Source: Phototrophicaceae bacterium (GTDB taxonomy: Bacteria; Chloroflexota; Anaerolineae; Aggregatilineales; Phototrophicaceae). Taken from it: 64,000 bases of DNA. Where the stretch lies: contig OZ241335.1 in assembly GCA_965200325.1 (NCBI GenBank), positions 2,845,135 through 2,909,134 on the forward strand, given 5' to 3'. The notes below the pieces were generated by a model. That model did no database searches. It was given only the letters and a program-made list of their open reading frames with translations, and was not told the DNA's origin. Below, one piece after another: positions 16,733-24,009 of this stretch; the first letter of the stretch is position 1, and every line of letters begins with the position of its first letter. The position numbers were made by a program, and so were the translations under genes.

Positions 16733-17268
16733 TGCGCGTCGATGAGGACGCGCTCGACCACGACGCGCTCCACCCGCAAGCCCAGCTGCAATTCTTTCAG
16801 CTTGTCTATCAGCGCCGCGCCATCAATCAGCCGAATCTCGGGCGCGCGGTCGCTAGCCGCTTTAAGCGCCGCTTCTTGCGTGAATTTGCCGGTTGTAATC
16901 AGCAAACCTTTGTCCGAACGCCCCAGCACCACGCCACGCCGAAAATCTTCGACCTCGGCCGAGCTAATGCGCCCGCCACCACGGATGCAGCGGAAAGCCA
17001 CCCGAAAGGACAAAAAGCCGCCGCCGCCAAAGACGCCGATGCCCTCAATCGTATCCTTGCTATTGCTCACATCAATTTGGCTGACGCCGTCTTTGGCTAA
17101 GACGCGCAGAATCAGCCGCTGGAAAGCGTCGGCGGGCAGCTGCTCGAGCGTGTCGGTCGCTTCATCGCGCCAGCGCAGCAGACTGTCGATAAGCTCTTTG
17201 GTATCCACCGGCGCGGCATCGCCGCTCGCCTCTTGCTCTTCCATTTGCATTGCCTCTTCTTGGCTCAT
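16714..17268 (-). CDS. Mrr_cat-domain-only protein with acidic N-terminus (first gene of the Mrr-like array)
   Basis: 184 aa: FQRLILRVLAKDG...TIEGIG...FRVAFRCIRG...EVEDFRRGV...GLLITTGKFTQEA...LIDGAALIDKL. RBS AAGGAGA before ATG 17268. The 3' end overlaps the next ORF by 19 nt. Confidence 0.7.
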   Translation of the reverse strand: MSQEEAMQMEEQEASGDAAPVDTKELIDSLLRWRDEATDTLEQLPADAFQRLILRVLAKDGVSQIDVSNSKDTIEGIGVFGGGGFLSFRVAFRCIRGGGRISSAEVEDFRRGVVLGRSDKGLLITTGKFTQEAALKAASDRAPEIRLIDGAALIDKLKELQLGLRVERVVVERVLIDAQWFRDV

Positions 17269-17330
17269 TGCCCGTCTCCTTCTTTAGATAAATAGCCCGT
17301 TTTTTTATTGTGTCTAGGAAAATAAAATTG

Positions 17331-17593
17331 CCACAGGCGTAAGCCCAAGTTAATTTTGCACCATTTCAACCCCACTCCCCGCCCCTCCCGTAAGTCAGTG
17401 TCTACGCGACCCAAAGCTTTGGGGGAGGGGAGAAAAACCCTGAAAACTGTGCCAGTTTGCAGGAAAGTCCCTGCCATCGAGCAATGTCTACACGCCGCCC
17501 AGGTTAGACTCCCCTCCCCGAAGCTTCGGGGAGGGGCCGGGGGTAGGGTTGAAACCAACGCTAAAACTTGCAAAATTCAGTTTGTCCTACTCC
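17331..17593. repeat. MITE/REP-like element, copy F
   Basis: CCACAGGCGTAAGCCCAAGTTAATTTTGCACCATTTCAACCCCAC ... CCTCCCGTAAGTCAGTGTCTACGCG ... CCAAAGCTTTGGGGGAGGGGAGAAAAACCC ... CCCCTCCCCGAAGCTTCGGGGAGGGGCCGGGGGTAGGGTTGAAA ... CTTGCAAAATTCAGTTTGTCCTACTCC. Confidence 0.8.
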
Positions 17594-17615
17594 TATCATC
17601 GCGCCCAGCGCGCTT

Positions 17616-18614
17616 TCAGTCGCGGGCTAGGTTCGTCACCAGCAAGTCCAAGACCAGGCGCGGCGCAATGCGCCCTGTTTTCATCTCTTGGTCATAGCGC
17701 TGCAAGCGCTTGAGTATCACGGTCAATTCTTCGCTGCTGAAGCGCCATGCTTGCACCGCCAGCTTGCGCGCCGCGAAAGGCCGCGCGCCCACCGCTTGGG
17801 CGATCGCATCGGGGCTGGCGCCGCCGCCTCGATCGAGGTGGTCGCGCGTCATCAGTAGCAGGCGGAATTGCCGCACAATCAGCGCATATAAGCGGAAGCC
17901 CGGGTCGCGCGGGTCATTGCGCAGGGACTGCTGCATCAACTCCAAAGCCCGCGCGCCATTGCCAGTCGCCAGCGCATCCACCAGCTCAAAGACATTCGCC
18001 TCTGGCACATAGGGCGTCAAAGCGGCGACATCCTGCTCGTCGATGGGGCGCTGGCCATCCACATAAGCGACCAGCTTGTACAGCTCGTTATCGGCGCGCA
18101 GCAAATCATCGCCGGCGACGGCGGCAATCGCGTCAGCCGCTTGAGGGCTGATTTCGGCGGCATATTCATTTTTTGCCCGCGTCGTCAGCCAGCGGCTCAG
18201 GTTTCTGGGTTTGGGGAAGACGCGAACATAGCCGTTCGGCATTTTTTGGGCGGCTTTGAGCAGGCGGTTGCCGGCGGGCAGCGTCTCATTTTCCACCAGC
18301 GCCAGCCGCGCATAAGCGGGCAGGCGCGGCAATTCGTCCAGCAAGCGGTCGGTGGCGGTTTTGCCGGCTTGTCCCGCCCCTCTGCGCGTGATATGCCGAA
18401 TCAGTCCGGTAACGATGACCAGCCGCTTATCCGCCAGAAAAGGATAAGATTTCACCGCCGCTAATACTTCTGGCACCGGCGTCTGCGTGCCGTCAAATTC
18501 GGAACGGTTGAGGTCGCCATTATCGCCCATCTGCGCCCGCATGCGGGCTAGAGCCTGCCGGCGGCTGAGCAGGTCTTCGCCATGAAAAATGTAGAATGTC
18601 GGCGGCGCGCTCAT
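17616..18614 (-). CDS. holA: DNA polymerase III subunit delta
   Basis: 332 aa with the typical HolA N-terminus (FYIFHGEDLL) and overall similarity pattern. Assignment by recall of the family. Confidence 0.7.
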   Translation of the reverse strand: MSAPPTFYIFHGEDLLSRRQALARMRAQMGDNGDLNRSEFDGTQTPVPEVLAAVKSYPFLADKRLVIVTGLIRHITRRGAGQAGKTATDRLLDELPRLPAYARLALVENETLPAGNRLLKAAQKMPNGYVRVFPKPRNLSRWLTTRAKNEYAAEISPQAADAIAAVAGDDLLRADNELYKLVAYVDGQRPIDEQDVAALTPYVPEANVFELVDALATGNGARALELMQQSLRNDPRDPGFRLYALIVRQFRLLLMTRDHLDRGGGASPDAIAQAVGARPFAARKLAVQAWRFSSEELTVILKRLQRYDQEMKTGRIAPRLVLDLLVTNLARD

Positions 18615-18620
18615 AAGCGG

Positions 18621-19169
18621 CTAGTCCTGCCGCGTCCGCACGCGGTGCAGCGTGATTTTTCTTTGGCTAAAAGGCAGCGTCAGCGTCCCGCGGCTGACGC
18701 TCACCAGCTCCAGTTCGCCCAAATCGCCTTCGGTGGTGAAGTGGCGCTGCAAGCTCAGCCCCAGCGGCGTCGAGAGAAAGACAACCGCCATCATCAGGTT
18801 GACCATCGTCGGAAAGCGCTTCCAGCTTTTGCGCCAGCCGCGTCCGGCAAAACCCAAAAAGGCTAAAGCCGTCGCCAAAAAGCTAGTTGTTACCAGATTC
18901 GTGCCGCAGTTGGGATGAATAGCCAGGCTGTGTTCGCCGGCTTTCATGCGCTGCAGGGCGGCCCGTACCGCGCTCTCGACCTGCTCGGTCGGCGCTTCGC
19001 CATAAAGCGTGAAACCGCTGCTATTGCTGCGCCCAGAAAGATAGTAGCGCTGCTGGCTCAAGATATGGATAGTGGCATGTTCCAAGCCGTGGTTGCGGCG
19101 GACGCGCAGGATATACGGTTGACGCGTTACCGGCGCGGCATACTGCGCCAGTTGCGCGATGATGCTCAT
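18621..19169 (-). CDS. Conserved hypothetical membrane protein (HGLEHAT / HPNCGTN motifs)
   Basis: Start trimmed to ATG 19169 behind an AAGGAAGG RBS. Putative metal-ligand-like motifs RNHGLEHATIH and AIHPNCGTN, followed by two TM helices. Confidence 0.55.
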   Translation of the reverse strand: MSIIAQLAQYAAPVTRQPYILRVRRNHGLEHATIHILSQQRYYLSGRSNSSGFTLYGEAPTEQVESAVRAALQRMKAGEHSLAIHPNCGTNLVTTSFLATALAFLGFAGRGWRKSWKRFPTMVNLMMAVVFLSTPLGLSLQRHFTTEGDLGELELVSVSRGTLTLPFSQRKITLHRVRTRQD

Positions 19170-19248
19170 TGGCTCTTCCTTCCTTATGGCTAAACTAAAT
19201 TTCATTTTACCACAATAGGGGCGGCTTTGGCTGTGCTACAATGCGGGC

Positions 19249-19809
19249 ATGCACCGCCAGCCAACCAGCCAGCTTATCCGTATGCGCAGCCTGCTGCGCA
19301 CCGGACCGCGTCCCATCGCCCTGCGTTTTATCGACCAGCTTTATCGCCGGCTGACGGGCGGGCCGCTGTGGCGGCTGAGCGCGGTCAGTCCGCAGCTGCT
19401 CTTGGGCGGGCAGCATTATCCGCGCGGCTACGCGGCCATGCGCGCCTACGGCATCAGCGCCATCGTTAATCTGCGCGAGGCGCATCATAACGATGTGGCG
19501 CGGGGTATCGGCGGTCCGCAGCATCTGCACCTGCCAACAATCGACAATACCGCGCCGACGCTGCTTGATTTGCAGCGCGGCGTCGCCTTTGTGCGGGCGG
19601 AAATCGAAAGCGGCGGCAAGGTGTATATTCATTGCGGCGTCGGGGTGGGGCGCGCGCCGACCTTGACAGCCGCCTATCTGATATCGACGGGCTTATCGCC
19701 GGCGGCGGCTCTGCGCCAGATCAAAGCGGCGCGGCCTTTTGTGCATCTGACGGCGGGGCAGCGCCGCGCCCTCGCTGAATTCGCTGAGCAATGGCCGGAA
19801 AAAGCGTGA
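19249..19809 (+). CDS. Dual-specificity (Cys-based) protein phosphatase
   Basis: 186 aa containing the CX5R active-site signature HCGVGVGRAPT. Confidence 0.75.
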   Translation: MHRQPTSQLIRMRSLLRTGPRPIALRFIDQLYRRLTGGPLWRLSAVSPQLLLGGQHYPRGYAAMRAYGISAIVNLREAHHNDVARGIGGPQHLHLPTIDNTAPTLLDLQRGVAFVRAEIESGGKVYIHCGVGVGRAPTLTAAYLISTGLSPAAALRQIKAARPFVHLTAGQRRALAEFAEQWPEKA

Positions 19810-19841
19810 TACTTGGGCTAAGCTGTTGAGGGAAAAGAACA

Positions 19842-20074
19842 ATGACGCTGGAAGAAGTTTAGGCTAAGGCCAGCGCGCTTAGTCCAGAAGAGCGTAAGCG
19901 ATTGCTGTTGATGCTTATCCAACTGCTGGCCGCCACCGCAGCGGAGCTTAACCGAATTGCACGGCTGCGGTAGCCATCGATATGGGCTGCGATGCCCTGC
20001 TCACAAATGACAAGGACATGAAGCGCGTGCGCGAAGTTAAAATCCTCTTGCTGGACGAGCTTGAGCTAGTTTAA
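19842..20074 (+). pseudogene. Decayed toxin-antitoxin remnant (addiction-module antitoxin N-terminus with in-frame TAG, fused to the C-terminal ~40 aa of a PIN/VapC toxin)
   Basis: ATG 19842 gives MTLEEV*AKASALSPEERKRLLLMLIQLL (TAG at 19860-19862). A different frame from 19952 gives ...TAAVAIDMGCDALLTNDKDMKRVREVKILLLDELELV*, a typical PIN C-terminus lacking its first ~90 aa. Confidence 0.55.
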
Positions 20075-20097
20075 GCCCCGACACTTTAGCCTGCTGA

Positions 20098-20126
20098 TTG
20101 ACAGCGCCACCGCCAACCATTACAAT
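20098..20126 (+). promoter_or_regulatory. Sigma-70-type promoter upstream of mutS2
   Basis: TTGACA (20098-20103), 17 nt spacer, TACAAT (20121-20126), 45 nt before the mutS2 ATG. Confidence 0.5.
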
Positions 20127-20170
20127 GACCGCCCGCCTAAGCAAAGACAAGCAGGCAGCCGCCAAAAACC

Positions 20171-22564
20171 ATGATTAGCGAAAAAACCATCGTAACCCTC
20201 GAATTGCATAAAATTCTGCAAGAGCTAGCTGGGCATACCACCTTTGGCGCTGGCGCGGAATTCGCCAGCGAGCTTTACCCCTCCACCGAGTTGGAAGAGG
20301 TGCAGCTCTGGCAGCGCGAGACCGCCGAAGCGGTCGTCTTGCTCGAAGAGCATTCTAACATTACGCTGCGCGGCGCCCGCGATGTGCGCGAGCCAGTCAT
20401 ACGGGCGCAGCGCGGCGTCATCATCGAGCCGAGCGTACTGCTCGATATTCGCTATACCTTGCGGCGCGGCTCCACCCTGAAGCGCAGTCTGGGGCGCATG
20501 ACCGCTTCTTTTCCGCTGCTGGCGGAATTGGCGAACGAACTGGAAGAATGCGCCGCGCTGCAACACAGCATCGAGTGGACTGTCGACGACAACGGCGAAA
20601 TCAAAGACACCGCCAGCGCGCGCCTGGCTATCATCCGCCGCGACCTTAAGCTCGCCTTCGAACGCTTACAGAGCAAGCTCAATCGCATCGTCAGCAGCAA
20701 AGCCAATCAAGATAAATTGCAAGAAGCCATCGTAACAATGCGCCACGGGCGCTATGTCGTGCCGCTCAAGGCGGAGCATAAAGGCAAGCTGAAAGGCATC
20801 ATGCACGATTCTTCCGCCAGTGGCGCGACTATTTTTATTGAGCCGCTAGAAACGGTCGAGCTCAATAACAAATGGCGCGAGCTGCAAATCGAAGAAGAAA
20901 AAGAGATTCGCCGCATTCTGGCGGATTTGACGGCCGAAGTCGCCAGCCAAAGCGAGCGCATCCTGCGCGCGGTGCAGCTGCTCGGCTATCTGGATTTGAC
21001 CTTCGCCAAAGCGCGCTATGCCATTAAAAACAACTGCGCTCAGCCGCAGATGCGCGCCATTCAGCCGAGCGCGCCGCACCCAGGCACGACAGTCTACCTC
21101 AAAGCGGCGCGGCATCCGCTGCTCAAGGGCCATGTTGTGCCGCTGGACATCAGCTTTGATGATGACACCTGGGTCTTGGTCGTCACGGGACCAAATACGG
21201 GTGGCAAGACCGTCGCCCTCAAAACCGCCGGCTTGATGGTTTTGATGGCGCAATGCGGCTTGCATATCCCGGCCGAAGCGGCGCAGCTTTCGGTATTTCG
21301 CGGCATCTATGCCGATATCGGCGACGAGCAGAGCATCGAGCAGTCGCTATCCACATTTTCGGGCCACATGACAAATATCATTGACATCCTGGCGCGGGCC
21401 GACCAGCGCTCGCTGGTGATTTTGGATGAAGTCGGCGCTGGCACCGACCCAGCCGAAGGCTCGGCTTTAGCGCGGGCCTTGCTTAATCGCCTCAAGAATC
21501 GCGGCGTTACCACGCTGGTAACAACCCACCATCCCGAATTAAAAGTCTATGGCGTGGAGACGCCGGGCGTGCGCAATGCCAGCGTCGAATTTGACCTAGA
21601 AACGCTGCAGCCGACTTATCGCCTGATCCTGGGCTTGCCCGGCCGCTCGAATGCGCTGGCGATTGCCGAGCGCTTGGGGCTGGAGCCAGCGATTATCAGC
21701 GACGCCCGCGGCATGGTAGCCACAGCGGAATTGGAAGCCGACGACCTGCTCGATGAGATTCAACGGACTCGCGCCGAAATCCGCGGGCAACAGAGCGAGA
21801 TTGACCGCTTACACGAGCAGCTTGTAACAGAGCGCGACGCATTGCAAGCCCGTCTCGACCAAATCGAAGACGAACGCCGCGATGTCATCCGCGCCGCCCG
21901 CCGCCATGCCGAAGCGGACCTGGCGGATTTTAACAAGCAACTGCGCAAGATGCGCAATGAACTGCGCTCGGCTGGCATGTCGGCTGAGGCAATAAACGCG
22001 CTGAAAGCGGCGGCTGACAAGATGGCAAGCTGGACACAGGCGCCGCTGGATGAGGCTGAAGAGGTGCAGTTCCTCGACGATGTCGATTGGCAGCCGCGCA
22101 TCGGCGATACGGTCTTCCTCGATACGCTGAATGCTGAGGGGGTCATCGTCGAGCTGACGGAAAAAGCGGCGCAGGTGCAGGTCGGCGCATTGCGGGTGCG
22201 GGCGAAATATGGCGACATGCGCAAGCGCAAGCGCAGCGAAATCCGCGCCGCCGAACGCGGTCATGTGCGGCAATACGAACCTGTCGATATTCCGCCGCCG
22301 CCCGCCGCCTCGCCGGGCATGGAAATCGATATCCGCGGCAAGCGGGTCCAAGAGGCTCTGGAAATCCTCGACGGCTATGTCAACGCCGCCTATAATGCTG
22401 GTCTGCCTTTTGGCAAGATTGTGCATGGCAAAGGCACTGGGCGGCTGCGCCAGGCGGTGCGCCTTTACCTCAATGAACATGTCCTGGTCAGCAAGGTAAC
22501 CCAGGGCTTGCAAAAAGAAGGCGGCGCCGGCGTCACCGTCATCCACATGGTGCCAATTACATGA
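20171..22564 (+). CDS. mutS2: Endonuclease MutS2 (MutS-family ATPase with C-terminal Smr domain)
   Basis: 797 aa. Walker A GPNTGGKT, DEVGAGTDP, and a C-terminal Smr domain (IDIRGKRVQEA...IVHGKGTGRLR). Confidence 0.9.
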   Translation: MISEKTIVTLELHKILQELAGHTTFGAGAEFASELYPSTELEEVQLWQRETAEAVVLLEEHSNITLRGARDVREPVIRAQRGVIIEPSVLLDIRYTLRRGSTLKRSLGRMTASFPLLAELANELEECAALQHSIEWTVDDNGEIKDTASARLAIIRRDLKLAFERLQSKLNRIVSSKANQDKLQEAIVTMRHGRYVVPLKAEHKGKLKGIMHDSSASGATIFIEPLETVELNNKWRELQIEEEKEIRRILADLTAEVASQSERILRAVQLLGYLDLTFAKARYAIKNNCAQPQMRAIQPSAPHPGTTVYLKAARHPLLKGHVVPLDISFDDDTWVLVVTGPNTGGKTVALKTAGLMVLMAQCGLHIPAEAAQLSVFRGIYADIGDEQSIEQSLSTFSGHMTNIIDILARADQRSLVILDEVGAGTDPAEGSALARALLNRLKNRGVTTLVTTHHPELKVYGVETPGVRNASVEFDLETLQPTYRLILGLPGRSNALAIAERLGLEPAIISDARGMVATAELEADDLLDEIQRTRAEIRGQQSEIDRLHEQLVTERDALQARLDQIEDERRDVIRAARRHAEADLADFNKQLRKMRNELRSAGMSAEAINALKAAADKMASWTQAPLDEAEEVQFLDDVDWQPRIGDTVFLDTLNAEGVIVELTEKAAQVQVGALRVRAKYGDMRKRKRSEIRAAERGHVRQYEPVDIPPPPAASPGMEIDIRGKRVQEALEILDGYVNAAYNAGLPFGKIVHGKGTGRLRQAVRLYLNEHVLVSKVTQGLQKEGGAGVTVIHMVPIT

Positions 22565-23163
22565 GCGAAAATATGCCAGCCGACCGCCACCAGCTGTTCA
22601 GCGCGCGCTATGCCAGCGGCGACATGCCTTGGGATAGCGGCATCACGCCGCCAGAAATCTGCGAGATTCTGGCTGAAGCGCCAGCGGGCCGGGCTTTAGA
22701 TTTGGGCTGTGGCACCGGCACAGTCCTGCGCGACTTGCTGCAAGCGGGCTGGCAAGCGGATGGCGTCGACTTCGTGCCGCGAGCCATCGAGCTGGCGCAG
22801 GCGAAACTAGCGGCTTTTCCGCCCGCGTCATATCGGCTTTTTTGCGGCGACGCGACGCGGCTGGAGGTGCTGCCGGGTCTGCGCCCGCCTTATGACCTCA
22901 TCATCGACATCGGCTGCGGGCATAGCATCGATAAAACGGCGAACGCGGCTTATGCCCGTGGCATCGCCGAGCGCTTGAAAGCGGGCGGGCTGTTTATGCT
23001 CTACGCCAGCCATCCGCGGCCAGAATCGACAGTGGGCTGGACGGGGCGGCAGGTGGCGCGGCTCTTTGCCGGGTTGCTGGAGTTGCATTGGCAGCAGCAG
23101 GGGGACGATGTGGCGATGGGCGGCATACCGGCGAGCTGGTATCGTCTGCGGAAGCTGGGGTAA
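22561..23163 (+). CDS. Class I SAM-dependent methyltransferase
   Basis: 200 aa with SAM-binding motif ALDLGCGTG. The ATGA overlap with the mutS2 stop suggests co-transcription. Confidence 0.7.
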   Translation: MSENMPADRHQLFSARYASGDMPWDSGITPPEICEILAEAPAGRALDLGCGTGTVLRDLLQAGWQADGVDFVPRAIELAQAKLAAFPPASYRLFCGDATRLEVLPGLRPPYDLIIDIGCGHSIDKTANAAYARGIAERLKAGGLFMLYASHPRPESTVGWTGRQVARLFAGLLELHWQQQGDDVAMGGIPASWYRLRKLG

Positions 23164-23250
23164 GGGTAAGTGGAGTATAGGGGTTTGTGTCGCCAGCTAC
23201 AAATGCTCTTTATGTGTATTTTCATCTCAAAATCAGCGCTTCTACAATAT

Positions 23251-23280
23251 AAAAAGCCTTCGCCAGTTGGCGAAGGCTTT
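23251..23280 (-). terminator. Rho-independent terminator downstream of 23294..23683
   Basis: Perfect 12-bp stem AAAGCCTTCGCC / GGCGAAGGCTTT with a 4-nt loop. On the minus strand it is followed by TTTTTATATT. Confidence 0.65.
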
Positions 23281-23293
23281 CTGCTTTCGCTGA

Positions 23294-23683
23294 CTATGTT
23301 ATTCTCACAGCATAAGCAAAGCCTACCGGATTTTCAAAGCCACAAGAGTTTTGCACTACGATGCCGCCGGCCTTGCGCAAAATTTGCAGCGCGATTCGAC
23401 GGCCGCCAGCGCTGACAAACCAGTGTGATCTATAACCTGAGGCCAGCTGTCCAGCAGCCCACCAAATACGATCAATTGCGCCCCCAGGCAGCGAAGTTTG
23501 ATAATAGAGCGTATAGTCGCCCTGGTGGTCCGCGAAAACGGAACACCCATATCTGATTGCGCCTGGCGCGCCGGGAGACAAAGAACTCGCAGCGCTGCTA
23601 TCTTCTCTTGCCGTCAGACTCTGCCCCCGTGCCGCGCCCACCAGCAGCATCAGCGCCAGAACCAAAAAAATCATGCCTTTCAT
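23294..23683 (-). CDS. Small secreted protein of unknown function
   Basis: Start trimmed to ATG 23683 behind an AGGAGGA RBS, giving the signal peptide MKGMIFLVLALMLLVGAARG. 129 aa. Confidence 0.55.
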   Translation of the reverse strand: MKGMIFLVLALMLLVGAARGQSLTAREDSSAASSLSPGAPGAIRYGCSVFADHQGDYTLYYQTSLPGGAIDRIWWAAGQLASGYRSHWFVSAGGRRIALQILRKAGGIVVQNSCGFENPVGFAYAVRIT

Positions 23684-24009
23684 AGAAATTTCCTCCTGTA
23701 GCGACCTAGAAGTAAATGGACAAATTGAGGAACTGCGCTGGCTTGAAATCCGCTCAAATAGTCTCCTTCTTTTCGCCTTAGTTTCAGTAAAACAGGAAAG
23801 AAATTGACTTGTCAAGGCATTGGGATATATTATGTGCAATTATTTATTCTTTTGATTGTATAAAGTATAAAAATACGCAAATATACTAAAGTCTCAGTCC
23901 GCTGGGTTGCGGCTTGGGGCTGGGTGTTTTTTCCAATGCGCTTGCCTCGCCCAAGACCAGAAATGCGCTATAATGGAGAATTGGATTCGCCCAGCAACAG
24001 CAGGTCTTC

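Noticed and set aside
23700-24009. AT-rich divergent intergenic region with TATAAT (GCTATAATGG) upstream of PBP2 as a defined promoter
   Set aside because: No acceptable -35 hexamer lies at 16-18 nt spacing. It is plausibly a promoter region, but the sequence alone does not support a specific call.
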